64,000 nt of DNA from Macrostomum hystrix (lineage: Eukaryota > Animalia > Platyhelminthes), in the NCBI GenBank assembly GCA_950097015.1, contig CATNEN010000028.1, forward strand, positions 434,001 through 498,000, in the 5' to 3' direction. The position numbers and the translations under genes are program-made. Under the pieces are notes generated by a model, which searched no databases, was not told the origin of the DNA, and saw nothing but the letters and a program-made list of their open reading frames with translations. Below are positions 23,838 to 37,915 of the stretch, piece after piece (within the stretch, counting starts at the first letter, position 1; every line of letters begins with the position of its first letter).

Positions 23838-25062
23838 TCAGCGAAGGAACAGCGCCCCGGCGGCATAGCTGACGGAAGAGTCGGCCTCAGTCAGACATTT
23901 GGATGACTGGGAATAGCGCAGAAATCGCATCGTCCAGTTGCCATCAGCTTCGCCGCGTTCACCAGCGTCAGCCAGGATGGCCAATAGCAAAGCGATCGGC
24001 TTCCGGCCGCAGATGGTGTTGCCGCATTCGTCAAGATAGTCGGAAAATTTTTTCCCATCTAAAGATTCAACCGCCTCCATTCCGCGACGATCCAGACGCT
24101 CAATGCCTCGCCAAATTGGCTCACCGGATCTGATTGAATGAAGACAATAACAGACTAGAGGCGCTACAGACTCGTTATCACCGCTTTATTAATGCCTTTT
24201 TTTAAAGCCCTAAGATTTGTGCTTTTTCACCTCTCCGCGTCTAGATCGCGCCAGGTGTAGCGAAAGCGCCGGCCCCAGTGACAGAAGTCGGACGAGATGA
24301 CAAACAGAGAGGCCGGATCAAGCAGGTACGGAGACAACAAGGCAGCGTAGGCGGCCGTCTCGCCTGGACTGCACTGACCGACCTAAGTTTCGAATCTAAT
24401 TTTTAGGTTACCACAAGCCTGGCAGCTAAAAAATATCAAAAGTCTAGAGACTTATATATGATTTAAATGAGGCTAAGCACAACCAATCTCACCAGGATTG
24501 GCACCACGCCAGCGAATCGGCCACTGGCTCTTAATCCAGCGGTTGCGATGGCAACATAAGGCAGCTGCATTTCAACACTGTGCTCAGCTTCGTCACAGTC
24601 GCGTGTTAGAATTTCGAATCTACCAGCCGAATTTAGAGCGGACACAATAGCCCGATCTACTGGTAAATTGCCCAATGGAGTTGCCAGATTGTCGGCTGAT
24701 GTTAAAGCACAGCCGCTAAGTCGGTAGTGATGACTAGGCGCCAGAATAAATACCCGACGTTTAAAAGTTGCATCGTTCGGATTAGGATTAGAATTTGCCG
24801 CATCAGCTAATAAGCGATAAGAATAGGCTGCGATTGATCCACTGTATCGATAGCCAGCATGCGGTGCTATGATCGCTTTCAACTGGCCACAAGTGTCATC
24901 TTCACTAAGCTGGCTGGGGGAGGCTGCGCTGGCAAGCCAGCTAGCCAGTTGCTGCTCTAGCTCAGTAGCATTGCTGCTGTACCAGCTACCCGCATGGCTG
25001 GCACCTCGTGTCCAACTATGGTTGCTTTTGAATGCTGAGTTGTTGGCTTCTTTAGATGACAT
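23838..25062 (-). CDS. MEMO1: MEMO1 (mediator of cell motility 1), 3 exons: 24493-25062, 24231-24382, 23838-24129 (337 aa)
   Basis: RGASHAGSWY, IIAPHAGYRYSG, EHSVEMQLPY, FVISSDFCHWGRRFRY, NTICGRKPI, RYSQSSKC..DSSVSYAAG; exon lengths 570+152+292=1014, canonical GT-AG. Confidence 0.95.
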
Positions 25063-25577
25063 TTTCCTTATGGCTGCAGTGTGTTTAGTAACAGTGTATA
25101 TTTTTTCATGTTCACATTACTTTATTATGATAAAAATCAAATCTCTATCATATATATCATATCTAATTGTTTTTTACAATCCATTAACCTTTTTGGATGT
25201 AGTTATATTTATTGTTAATACCATTGTTTAGTAATGATAGAAATTGTAATTATTAGTAATATTTTCTAATCAAATGTTTCATAGCACATAAAATGTAATT
25301 TATGTAAAAGAATTCCTAATGTTCCTTCTTTTGCATTCATATTGTACAAGGCTAAAAGGCTGACATGTGTACGAGTATAGTTGAGTTTGTTGCACTATTT
25401 TCAGGGCATATTTTTTCTTACATATATAATAATAATCCAATTTTTAGAAAAAATTCGAGAGAGTAAGTATTTACTTAGCTACCTAACTGTCTAATCTGTT
25501 GTGATATCATCCAGCATTCAGCATTCAGAATTCAGTCTCTATTCGACTACTTCAAAGCCGACGACGCTTCGATTCAG

Positions 25578-28320
25578 ATGGCCGATACAGGAGGGCTGAA
25601 GTCACCAGCACCAATTACATTCGATGAGAATAAAACAGAGAAGTGGAGGAAATGGATCATCGGCTACAAGCTCTTCCTCACAGCCACGAAGCGCGACAAA
25701 GAAAGTGACGAGTTGAAGATCGCCATTCTGCTAACAGCGCTTGGAGAAGAAGGTCGAGATGTCTACGACACACTTCACGAAAGCTCCGAAGCGAATCGTA
25801 AATCCGATGCCGTCGTCACAGCTTTTGAAAATTTCTGCAAACCGCTCGATAGCGAGACTTTTGATCGTTACAAATTCAGGATGGAGGATTCAAGATCAAT
25901 TCTAGGATTTCGACCACTTCCTCAGTGACCTGCGTATTCGCATCAAGCCATGCAAGTTTGCGACGCCCATTAACGGTGATACCATTGAAGACTCAATTCT
26001 ACGAGACCAGATTGTGTATGGAATAAGCAACGCTGCACTCAGAGACAGGCTTCTAGAGGAAAATAAGCTGACCCTGTCAAAAACTCTGTCGTGCAAGTGA
26101 AGCTTTCAAATCTCAGGCACAAAAGATTAGCAGTGCATCAAATGCGAATGACTCAAGCTCTAGACACATTGACCGGGTATTCAAGCCAGTGCCACGGAGA
26201 ACGGGTTCGAAAGGTCCATCTCAGGTTAGAAACGCGTCGAGAGGCAGATACAGAAGCATCGAGATCGCAGAGGAGGACCATCCTGCAGATATTGTGGCAA
26301 ATTTCACGAGTTTGGCAGCGAGAACTGTCCAGCATTCGGTAAGACCTGCACAAGCTGCGGAAAAAGAAACCACTTTGCTGCGGTGTGCCGGAAGATGGGT
26401 TCGAAAAATGCAGCCCGACAGAACGAGGAAAGTGACATGGAAGAGGAAAACTTTTGGTCTGGGTCCGTATCCACTGTCACTAAGAACACAATTAATTGTA
26501 CAGCCATGGAAGATTGCGCAACGACGCAAAGAAGCAAAACGATCGTTCGGATCCTTACAGAAGACATCAAGGAAATTGAGTTAAAGATTGATACTGGAGC
26601 GGACGTGAATATCATCTCAGAAAGAAAGCTCCGACAAATCACGGAAAGAAAAGTTCGAGAGGACAGAAGTGCTCAACTTGTCGTTTACAACAAGCAAAGG
26701 CTCAACGTGAAAGGTAAAGTTCATCTTGACCTGAAGCATCATAGCAAGCAAGCGAATGCAGAGTTTTTTAAAGATCTTAAATTGTGTGTCAGGAAACTCC
26801 AAAGCAAGAGAACAATGTATTAACATAAGACAGTGTATTGAAGGAATTCCCTGGTGTTTTTGAAGGGCTTGGTTGTCTACCAGGGACACATCACGTAGCA
26901 ATTCAAGACCAGGCTGTGCCAAATGTTCAGGCTCCAAGGAAAATACCATTTGCAGCACTTACAGCACTGAGGGACGAGCTCCATCGATGGTCCGAACTCG
27001 GAATGATCTCTAAGTGCAACCAGCCAACCGAACGGATTTCCAACATAGTTGTGGTTTGGAAACCAGACAACACAGTTCGGCTCTGTCTCGATCCACAATG
27101 TCTCAATGAAGTCATCGTCTGAGACAGATAGCCAATACCGACATACGACGAGATCATAAGCAAGATGAATGGTGCAAAATTATTTTTTAAGATCACGAGA
27201 GTTCGCTGCTAACAGCTTTTCATACGCCGTTCGGAGTTTACATCTGGAAAAAAAGAATGTCTTTTGGGCTCAAAAATGCTCCTGAGGCATATCCGCGAAA
27301 GATCCGTGAAGAGATAACCAGCTACGTAGAGAACGCTAAGAACTACATTGATGGCATCATTGCGTGGGAAAGACCAGGCAAGAGCATGACAATGCTGTGA
27401 GAGAGACAACGAAGCGTTACAGAGAAAAGAATCTGAAGTTGAATAGACAGAAAGCAAAAGTTGGTTAAGACAGAACTGAAGTTTCTAGGGCACATTATTT
27501 CAAGTCAAGTTCGGGAGTGAAGATAGATCCGGAGAAAGTGAGAAGCATTCGAGAGATGCCGCATCCCAACAGCTACGAGCAAGACGCAGATAAAGTGGGA
27601 CAGCTGCAGAGATTCATTGGTGCAGCAAATTTCCTGTATAGATTCATAGCCAATTTCTCAGCATTAGCATTCCCGCTGCGACAGCTGCTGAAGAGAAACT
27701 CTGTGTGGATTTGGGAAACAAAGCAGGAAGATGCCTACGAGTATCAGTGAAATCAAGGACTCCCTATGCCGAGCACCAGTATTCGCGCCATTCGATCAGA
27801 AGAAAGACGTCACGTTATCTGTTGATGCTAGCAAGAGATGGCCTGGGCGCTGCCCTAATGCAAGACGGGTATGTCATTGAATACGCCTCATCGGCTATGA
27901 CTGCAGCGCAGAAAAAATATGATAAAATCGAGAAAGAATTCCTCGCCATCGTATTCGGATGCCGAATATTTCGCCAATACCTTTGGGGACGGCCAGTCCA
28001 GGTGGAATCTGACCACAAGCCGCTGCAATACATAATGCAGAAACAATTCAGCGTGATGTCAGCCAGACTACAGCGACTCGCGCTCCAGATTCAAGAGTTC
28101 GACTTGCATGTCAAATATGTTCCTGGAAAGGATCTATATTTAGCTGATAGGCTAAGCTGAGAATACCTGAAGTCAGTACATTCATCGAGTGACCTGGACA
28201 GAGATCTGAAATGCCATGTTCTAGGCGTTGAAAAAGTTTCCCTACCAGAAGATTTGCTGATTGAGATACGCCAGCACACAGTCATGGAGGCTCCCTGCAG
28301 CTAAGTCAACGCCAGCACAC
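25578..28320 (+). mobile_element. Decayed Ty3/Gypsy (Mag-like) LTR retrotransposon internal region: gag, CCHC, protease, RT, RNase H; integrase truncated
   Basis: Gag WRKW..YKLFLTAT..KIAILL.ALG, KIDTGADVNII protease, FPGVFEGLGCLPG, RLCLDPQCLN, GLGAALMQ, IEKEFLAIVFG..F.QYLWGRPV.VESDHKPL; many frameshifts and stops, YIDD mutated to YIDG; no LTR recognised. Confidence 0.9.
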
Positions 28321-29487
28321 AAATGCCAATAGTCTCTGTCACCAACTGAAAGATATTTTTGCGAAGGCTGGCCAGAAATTGAGCAGTCTGTGATCATTGA
28401 TCACAAGTACCAGACAACCTCATGGTGTTTTGGAATGTGAGACATGAACTTGAAGAGCATGATAGCATTATGTACAAATAATTATATAAACAAATTCAGG
28501 AGTCTATAGCAGCTTAAAGTTTGAATTAATAATTGGAGATTGGAGTAGCTACTCTGAGTTAGTAACACAGTGGGGGAGGGTCACTGTTTATTGATTGAAT
28601 GCTCTCTCTCTGGATGACTGGATAGCAGTCATAGCAGGAAAAACACACATGCATGGCCTTGAATCACTAAGCTGCTCAGATTTTTTATAGCGACACATTT
28701 GTTTTGAATTGCTAATTGTTATATAGTTTGCATATAATCTAGGCAATAAGAAACAAACATTGATACATGTCATAGAATGCAAAAGTTCATATTTCTCAAT
28801 TACATTTTTTTTAAATCATATGCATGTTTTGTTTTTTTTTAAATATCACATTCAAATCACTAGATTCTGAGATATTCAACTGTAAAGTGTACTTAGGAGT
28901 ATCAATCATTTAATATTTGTAAAGTAGAGAGAATCTATGCCTACAATACAACTCAATTCAATACAGTTTGACATGTAGCAAGTCATGTACTTAAACCTTG
29001 TCTTGCCAACTTCCAAGATCTTATGACACCTCTTATCTTAAGAAAATGGAAAAGTTCTACTTAGCCTGTAATTCAGCCTATTTATCTTTAAATAGGCCAG
29101 ATAATTTTGTGACAAAAAATATAAATTTTGAATTTTGCTTAATATAAACAAGACAATAAATATGCAAGCAATTGATTTTTCAATGTGGGATTTGTTAAAC
29201 ATGAGTTTAAACTTGTTAATAGCTATGCTGATGTAAAATTATATAGTACTAAGGTGGTTAGGTTTATGAGAAAGATTAAACATTTGTTATTACCAACATT
29301 TTACTGTGGTAAAAAATTGCCTAATTTCACCACCTGATATATAGCTTGGGCTTGTTCAATAGTGCAATAAGTTCTGCAGTCTAAAAATAGTATCAAACAG
29401 TACAGTAGAAACTGTTAACTTTACTATTAAACATTACATTACCATGCTGTGAAGTTGGCAGTTTTTTACCATTGGTAAATTGTGGAT

Positions 29488-29908
29488 CCTAGACACTTCC
29501 TCATCTTACAACTTTGTCATCCACTTGGAAGGTAGGACACTTCATCATCCAGCCGATTGGTATGCTTTAAAGTTTGGTCAGTTTGTCATCTACTAATAAC
29601 AAGCAATCAAGCTCGTCATCAATAAAGTGAGGGTGGGGTGGTGGGGCAGAGGTGTGAGCACACTTCACACTCTAAATTGTCAAAAAGAGGTGTCAAAACA
29701 GATTTTAAAATATGAGTTGAAAGATAGGTGCCAACACAATGTGAGGAGGTAGGGAGGGGTGGTTCTGTTCTAACTTTGAAAACTTTTGTTTTATTGATGA
29801 CAAAGTGTCCACAAGTCTAAGTCTCTTTGTCATCCACCCTCTGAGATATTGGACAGATCGTCATTTGGATGATGAAGTTATAAGATGACAAAGTGTCCAG
29901 GTACTGTA
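29488..29908. mobile_element. Possible Tc1/mariner-pogo-type MITE remnant
   Basis: cctagacacttcctcatcttacaactttgtcatcc (29488) matches the reverse complement of 29867-29901; right end ...gtactgTA; left terminus not intact. Confidence 0.35.
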
Positions 29909-32900
29909 AAATGTTACTAGCTAACATATGGCTAGGGCATATGTTATTGATCAAGACCCAAGACCCTAGGGCCTACCAAATTAATAGACCTAAGCCAAAT
30001 ACCATAGTTTTTAGAAAGAAATTACCTAGGCCCCTATTTAGAAAAAAAGGACTGTACATATCTAGATTATAGAGGGATAAGACACTCTAGGCATAGATAT
30101 ATAAATAGATAGCTAGACCTACATCCTTTTGCTCTCTCAATCCACTACTGCAATCCACTAAGGCATATCTCTTAATATATAATAGAGGGAAATGAAGATT
30201 TTATTCCTTTTTATCTATGAAAGTAGCATAGCCTAACTTTGTATTTATATAACTAAGTCACCAAATGACCATTTTCACTCATTGCTGTTTGTTGTTCTTT
30301 GTTCATTTTATCGTTTTCTGATATTCCATGATGAGGATGTGCAATTTCAAAAGGAAAAATAATTAGGCCCTATGCAAAACTAAGTAAAACATTGGCAAGT
30401 GGGTTGCTCTAGTCTTGTGAGATACCTTCAAAATGACAAGACTGGAGACAATTTGTGATTGAGCTAGCCAACAACAACAAGAAAAGAGTAGCCTAAAATT
30501 AAATTATTAAGAGAAATTTCGAGGAGATCTGGTGATTAAGATCTATCTAAACATGCTGTCATGCCTTGACTATCAAAAAGGAGTGAAATTCTAACAAGAT
30601 TATCAAAAGATCCTGGAGGCATTTATAGGGTTTTAGAATAGAAACTGCGACTGTCAAAGTCAAACAAAGAAAAACAACTGCATAGCTGCTCCTGCTGAAG
30701 CAAAGTAGCTTTAGGCGGCAATGGCAGTTTGATTGGACTTGGGCCTAATGACTAGGATAGTAATAGTAATGTGTTGGATTTAATAATGCACAGGGAATTT
30801 ATGGAGATCAGAGGCTAGATTTGTAAGCATGAGAGCTGTTGTGCTTTCAATGTTGAATTATACACAATACACATGTTGAACTAACATAGTCATAGCTGCC
30901 TTATCCATTCCTTATTCATAGCTGGAACATGAATTTAAAGTCACTTTTAGCGCACGCATGCAATCAGTTTGAAAACTGCGTTAATTTTTCCGGATTTAAG
31001 TGTTTAACTTGTTATAGCAAGTGTTGCATTATGATTTTAATCAAGATTCGAGAAAGAAAAACATTGATTATTATGGCTGCTCATCAAATTACCGTAACCA
31101 TTTTCTGTCTTGTTGAACTGCATGGCACTCATTAACACAAATTGAACAATTCTGATGCTTCCTATACTTTCACACTTACAAGAAACTTACACTCGTACTT
31201 ACTAAAAAAATATCTACATGTACATTGTTGAAATCCAATACACATGCGAGTAGTCGATACTCATATCGTATAATCCGAGCCCCGACAACGTACGAAGTCG
31301 CGATCGACTAAACGGAATTCTTTTCCGCCATCTGCTCTGCCGGAATAGAGATGTGAAATTTTGCACAGAATTTATTTTTAGCTATTATTAGACTCTTCAA
31401 CATCTAATTATTTTATCCTAAATTAATTCGTATGCATCAGCTGCATCTGATCCCAGATGCAATTTTAAAAGTTAAAGTAAAAGCGATTACTGCAAGTCGG
31501 TATATCAGTCTGTATACCATGCACAATGTATGAACATTTACATGCAGCTCAATGTACACGAAGGTGTCTGACCTGTATCACAGCTCACTATATAAAACAA
31601 CAGAGCTGTATATCTTTTCACTCTCGCCAGAATATAATGTGAAACTTGGCACCACTTCAGTGAGCCTTAGCCCGAGAGCCAACACAAGTGCCCTTTAAGT
31701 ATAGAGGAGACAATTCCCGAATGCAGCAGCCTGTCCTCCCCCACCTATACGATTGCTGCCTCGAGTTGAGAACTGCTCAGCTCACTGCTGCTCCCACCAC
31801 CACCAAGCTTTGCAGGCTTTAATTGAGAACCTCAGCACTTGAAGGTATATACTTAATGCTGTATATATATACTGCTGAACCTTAATTAAATTTTACTCTA
31901 CACTCTGTACATGAATCTCAAAGCATCGTGCAAGCTGAAAAGTAAACGATTGGCCAACAGGGCAGGCACAGTGTCATCCAGGTGGATTCAAGTACGCGTC
32001 GCGGTCAATTGAGCAAATATATATAAGATGAGGCAAAACAAGGCTAATAGAAATTGTCGCCGTTCTTGGATTTCGAGACTGTAGCTCAAATGGAAGATGG
32101 ACACAGCTGCAGAATTTTCCTTCTATACAAAGAAGTCTATATATATATATGCGATGACTTTAGGTGACTTTGGTCTGAGTTCGATTTCTCGCCTCAGCAA
32201 TGGACAGCCTGACTTCATTTGAAAACAGTATACACCAGTTAAATCTGGGGGAAATAATATGATGCCATTCGATTTATAATTATGTAGACAATGAATCTTA
32301 GAAGTCAGCAAGAGTGAATAATGGTTCTTTTAAGTTTATTCCAACATGAACGGATAGACAGAAAACAATTATATACAGTCGTTCAGTCCATGGACAGGGG
32401 AAGTCGCTCAAGGATACTAATTGCTTACAGCGTGGGGTGCAAATTCGAACTCTCGTCCGCCCAATAAGAAATCCATAGCTCTAAGATGGTTAATTTTGAG
32501 TGTCTAGCATGTACTTTTATGTCCATTACGAAGATAAGCTACCAAACTCATCTGCTCAAACTCTTTATTTAAGTTGTTCTCAACAGCTGCCTCAGCTCAG
32601 CCAAGAACAAAAATTATAACTGCTTAGGAAGTATAGTAAAGAATTATTTATTTATCAAAACTTCAAGATTTTCCGATACAGAGGCGCGAGTTGAATCGAT
32701 TCAAACACGATTAAAGCTGATGTTGCTACCATCGTTAAATAAAGACAAGACAATGGCTACTACAGGCCTACAGCACAATATACTATAGTGTGTGAACGGC
32801 CTGCTCTTGTAAGTTAAATGCAATGCCTAACAACCAAATTATCGATCAGGCGGATTTTCCGAATACAACGAAAATCACTTTCTTGGTGGGAAATTTAGGC

Positions 32901-33213
32901 AGATGTCGCGGCTCGCATTACTCCACACATGGTCATAGTCGTTGCGACAATAAAGTCCATTTTTGCTGTAAACCCATAAGATTTACACGCACCATTGATC
33001 TTTGGCGATCTTTCGTTCCTTTGCTGGAGCTAAAAGATCAGTGAAAAGTATATATATATTAAATTAGAGACGACATCAAACTTAAATTTTTTTCGACTAC
33101 TCGACCTTTGGTTGGACAAATCTGCAGGATTGCATTGATTGATAAGTCACAAACTTATGCTGCTGTTGAACCCCGGCTGAAATGCTATCAAAACCAAAAC
33201 ACTTCACTTAAAC

Positions 33214-33920
33214 CAGGGGTCCGCAAACTTATTAGCGTGCGGGCCACGGAGAGAACCTAAAAGACGACAGCAGGCTGCAATATGAGAAAGAGGAGAGATA
33301 AGACACGTAATAGATTGGACAGAGGAGAGATGATATTGAGAAGAGATGAGACAGAGAAGAGATGAGACAGGGAAGAGATGAGAAAGCGGAGAGATGAGAA
33401 AGCGGAGAGATGAGAAAGCGGAGAGATGAGAAAGCGGAGAGATGAGAAAGCGGAGAGATGAGAAAGCGGAGAGATGAGAAAGCAGAGAGATGAGAAAGCG
33501 GAGAGATGAGAAAGCGGAGAGATGAGAAAGCGGAGAGATGAGAAAGCGGAGAGATGAGAAAGCGGAGAGATGAGAAAGCAGAGAGATGAGAAAGCGGAGA
33601 GATGAGAAAGCGGAGAGATGAGAAAGCGGAGAGATGAGAAAGCGGAGAGATGAGAAAGCGGAGAGATGAGAAAGCGGAGAGATGATAAAGCGGAGGGATG
33701 AGACACGGGATGGACGAGACAGGGGAGGGATGAGACAGAGAAGAGATGAGACATGTAGAGATGAGACGGAAGACATGAGACAAGGGAGATATACGACACA
33801 GGACAGATGAGACCGAGGAGAGATGAGACAGGATACTGTAGGTGTTGGATGGGGCAACGGGCTGGATTTGGAGCTTCGAGGGCCGCATCTGGCCCGCGGG
33901 CCGGAGTTCGCCAACCCCTG
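33214..33920. mobile_element. Non-autonomous hAT (Charlie-like) element carrying an internal 16-bp minisatellite
   Basis: TIRs caggggtccgcaaact / agttcgccaacccctg; typical ggcccgcgggcc subterminal motifs; imperfect 8-bp TSD acttaaac / ctttaaac. Confidence 0.75.
33290..33830. repeat. 16-bp minisatellite (gagatgagaaagcgga)
   Basis: Direct. Confidence 0.95.
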
Positions 33921-35059
33921 CTTTAAACGAAAAAGATTGAGGAAGCTAGTTGTTTCTTGGAACTGAGAGCTACATAAAGACTTTTTAAGACCCATAAAGA
34001 AACACGATAAAATAGGAAGCTACGAGCGCAGGCCAAGTTTAGGCTGAGAAAGAAAAAATGGAATGAAAACCACAGTAATCTGCATCCATAAAGTCGTTAA
34101 TATTCTTTATCCTACCAGCTATTTGACGATCCGATAAAACCTGAAAGATAATGGCTTTTTAAGCTTAAAAATCAGCTAACAGAACGGGATGCGACGAGAA
34201 ATCGATTAATCTGAGCAGAAATCAGGAAGAACGCATCGATTGTCAATAAAGGAGCCTGCAGACATAGCGCATTGTTCGCACTGATCTTCTTGTTTACTTT
34301 CTATTGTGGGAAGCTTTTGGCCACAACTTCTCACTGATGCTACGAGGCCGCGCACGGGACTCTATCACCCGGATTAACACAGCGGCCGGTAATGGATTCT
34401 GCCCCCCGGCTTGGCAACGGTTTTAAGGATTTGGTGAGGAGACGGAGAAGAGCAAATAGGGGCGCCGCCCCTGACAGCGTTGGCAGATTCGGATGGGATA
34501 TATGGCAGCTTGGGAGAATTAGGACAGAGGTGGTGGAAGATTGGCGGGATTTTCACTGCCCTAAAGCTGCCCCTAACACACTCTCAGCAGCATCACCTAT
34601 AGGCCCTCACGATTTGTTAGCAAATGATCCCCTGGGGGTCGATATGCTCAAACTGGCTTGAGACAGCTGGGTCGACAATCCAGCGAAAACCGATTGGCTG
34701 ATGAGAAGCAAGAAACGTGGCGTATATAGGGACAGCGAATGGCGTGTTGCGTGGACCTAGGACTATTTTCAACGGACTTGAAAAGATCAGACTGAGCTCA
34801 GGACACTATACAGTCCACTGCCTGCAGCATGTTCTTCAATTCGGTGTCTGTCTAGTGCGCCGAGTTCCTCTGGGGGCCATCGGTCGTCCGTCCCGTCGAT
34901 ACAGCTGAGAAAATTAATTAACTCAGCTCCAAGCTTCCGCTGGCTGGCCGCATCGCGTCAATTTCAATCACTTCGCGTGCCAGACAGATTTTAGGCTGAG
35001 TAAATCCCAGAAACCAAGAAACTCAGCTGTTAACAAAAAACATCCAATAAACAGAAGTC

Positions 35060-36392
35060 ATGGCGTTCCCAGCTGTTTCAGCTGCTGGCTTGGTCTTAAT
35101 ATTCGTCTCCGTGGCGACGGCGAGCGGTTTGGAGGCGTCTACCTTCCCGATGGAGGCGAAGGTGACGGCACTAATCAGTCGACTTTTGGAGAACTTCGGC
35201 TCCAGTGGCCGTTTTGTTTATCCGGACATTGGTAGCAATAGGTCTCAGGTGAACATGAGCTTCCAGATATTGCACTTTTACGGTCTGGACCAGAATGAGA
35301 TTCTTGAAATTGGCGTCTGGACCGCCTTCCTGTGGCGCGATCCCCGCCTGGTGTGGAACTCCAGTGAGTACAGGCGACCTCAAGGTGATCAAATTGCCCG
35401 CAGACCGCATCTGGATACCGGATGTTGGTCTGAGCAACACGAAAAAGGAGAACCAGTTCGACTTTCGCCTACTTAAAGCTGTGGAGGCGCTGGTTTACCC
35501 AAATGGCACTGTGTACATCTATTATCACCTTGTTACCACGGTAGCCTGCCCCATCGATGTCACGTTTTTCCCGTTCGACTCGCAAAAGTGCGACTTCCAG
35601 TTCGGACCATGGACCAGCTACCGAGGCAGCTACCGCATCCACCTGCCCAAGAGCAACATCCGCATGGCCAACATCTCCAAGTTTGTCAGCGAATGGGAGA
35701 TCATCAGCTTCAGCATCGAGGAGAAAAACTTCTTCGACGACAATGTCAACCAGATGTGGGATTATTTCGAGGTTAAAATTGAAGTAAGACGAAAACCTTA
35801 CTATTATATCTTTGTAATTGTGGTGCCATTCTTTATGCTGTCGTTCATGGCTTGCCTGATGTTTCTGGCGGACGAGGCTGGTGATCGGGTCAGCATGTCC
35901 ATCGCGATCCTGCTGACCATGACGCTGTACGTGATGATCACGAGCTCGAGCGCGCCAAAATCGATGCAGACTATTCCTCTGCTAGGCATCTACATCATGA
36001 TCCAGATGGCGCTGCTCATCCTGTTCACTTTCCTGGCTATTCGCAACAACTTCACCGGCTCGGGCAGTGCCGCGCCGGTCATCTACTACACCGAGGACGC
36101 CAACGGCCTCCTGACCAAGGTCAAGGAGAAGCGCGTTCGACGACCGGCGCATCTGAACACAACGACGGCTGGAGGCGGCGACGGAGACTACGCAACGGCG
36201 GCGATATCGGCCGGCGGCAGCGGCTTCGGAGCCGAGACGGCCGGCAGGAAGACGCGACGTGGCGCGACTGGCCGCATCAGCACCGAGCCGCAGAGGCAAG
36301 ACTGCTTCTTCATGGCGTTGTACATCGGACTGACGCTAACCAATGTGTGCATCTGCATGGTCATCCTGCCCGCAGCTAAGCACAGGATGTAG
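35060..36392 (+). CDS. Intronless Cys-loop (nAChR-like, non-alpha) ligand-gated ion channel subunit with one +1 frameshift at ~35372
   Basis: Signal peptide, W..P.L.WNSSEY, IWIPDV, Cys loop CPIDVTFFPFDSQKC, WTSY, RRKPYYY, four TM segments; GAG TAC a GGC GAC: removing one A fuses the two ORFs; no vicinal CC in loop C. Confidence 0.85.
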
Positions 36393-37915
36393 AGCCTGTG
36401 GGGATAATCAATGATCAACGCCCTAGCGGTTAATGCAAACCATAATCCCCATTAGCGTAGCCATGGAAAGGGAGAATTTAAGCTTATATCTGTTGTGAGA
36501 AGTGTCGAGAGCTACTTTTAGAAATATCCCCCTTTTGTCATTACGCTTGAGTTATAAATGTCACCAATTTTTTAGAGTGAAATTGCGAAATGAAATAGCC
36601 TAAGCAACAGAAAATTTTACTCAACAGTTTCTTGTTTTGCATCTCATTTTGAAGAACATCTATTAGCACAATCCAACACTGCTTTCTTTTCGTTTATCGG
36701 CCCTACAATTTCTAATCGAATTCTTATGGGCTTATAGTCTATTGTAGTCTACAGCAAAACAAATATTATGTATAAATATATAAGACAAATAATTTTCCTG
36801 TCTTTTATTGGTTTTATCAGGTCGATATTTTCTCGATGAATGATTTTTTAGCATAATTTTGTCAATCACGTTCTTGTATAGTTCTCCTGTGTTACTGATT
36901 ACCGTACATAGACATAATAGGTAACATATTATATTATTTTAAGCATAATGGCAAAAATTACTTTTGAAAGCTTACAAAATCGTTGCATGTCAAATTTTTA
37001 TTTGATGGACAACTTAAAAACCGACAAAACGTTGTTTATGTACGACTTTTGTTAAAACGTACTTGTTCTAGGCTAAAGTATTAAAAACGAATGCCTCCGC
37101 TTGTAGCCTGTTGGTTATGTGTGTACAATGAGCTCCAACCCCATTCACCAAATAAAAAGAGAATTTGATGGCATCGATAAACGCGATATCGAACAGTCGA
37201 AGTTCTTGAATCCTGACTTGATGACTTAATCCCGACGTTATATTTATATTTGATAGATTTTAGCACATGCTGCTCACACACAAGCCAACGGACGCAGTGT
37301 GGACTTTGCTTTAGGAAGAAGCCAAACGCTATAAGAGATGATATTAAAATTTCTCGTTTAATAAACCGCGGGAAATAAAGCGCATTTTATCACCATCAAC
37401 CAGTTAGGGGATGCGTATGGACTGAGAGGGGTTGACAGGCAGAAGGAGTGGGAGAAAACAGATGGATAAGGATAAGACACGTAACATATAGCTCGTTCTT
37501 CATAAAAAACTGGATAGATCGCATGAATAGGCAAAAGTACGCTTTCCTAAAACAAAAAAACGTTTGTCAATGTAAAAAGCGGATGAAAGAAAGAGAGGAA
37601 AACTCAGCAAACGATGGCTTTTTCATTGAAACTTATGAAATTGAATGCAAAATACACGGTGACTTGTCAGACAAATCCACTAACAATACTCATATTTTCT
37701 CCAACTCCACTATTAAGCATTTAAGAAACAGTTCAAATGAATACGCTCGTACTAAACGTAGCAACTGACAGCTAGTTATATCGGGCTGGTATCGACACCT
37801 CGGCTATTAATGACAGGGGCATGCATTCATGAGAAATGGCATGGGGCAACTCGCAACTAGAGATCTATGTTAGCTTGGCATAGCGTTCAGCATCCCGCAC
37901 TAGATGACGCTCCGC

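Noticed and set aside
25220-25570. 5' LTR/PBS of the Gypsy element
   Set aside because: No matching 3' LTR or recognisable primer-binding site found
31245-33105. 11-bp inverted match cgagtagtcga as a possible TIR pair
   Set aside because: Too short, no TSD, no internal coding remnant
34370-34910. Possible LINE (R2/NeSL) myb-like fragment RWPPEEL on the minus strand
   Set aside because: Only a few residues of resemblance, frequent stops, no RT or endonuclease nearby
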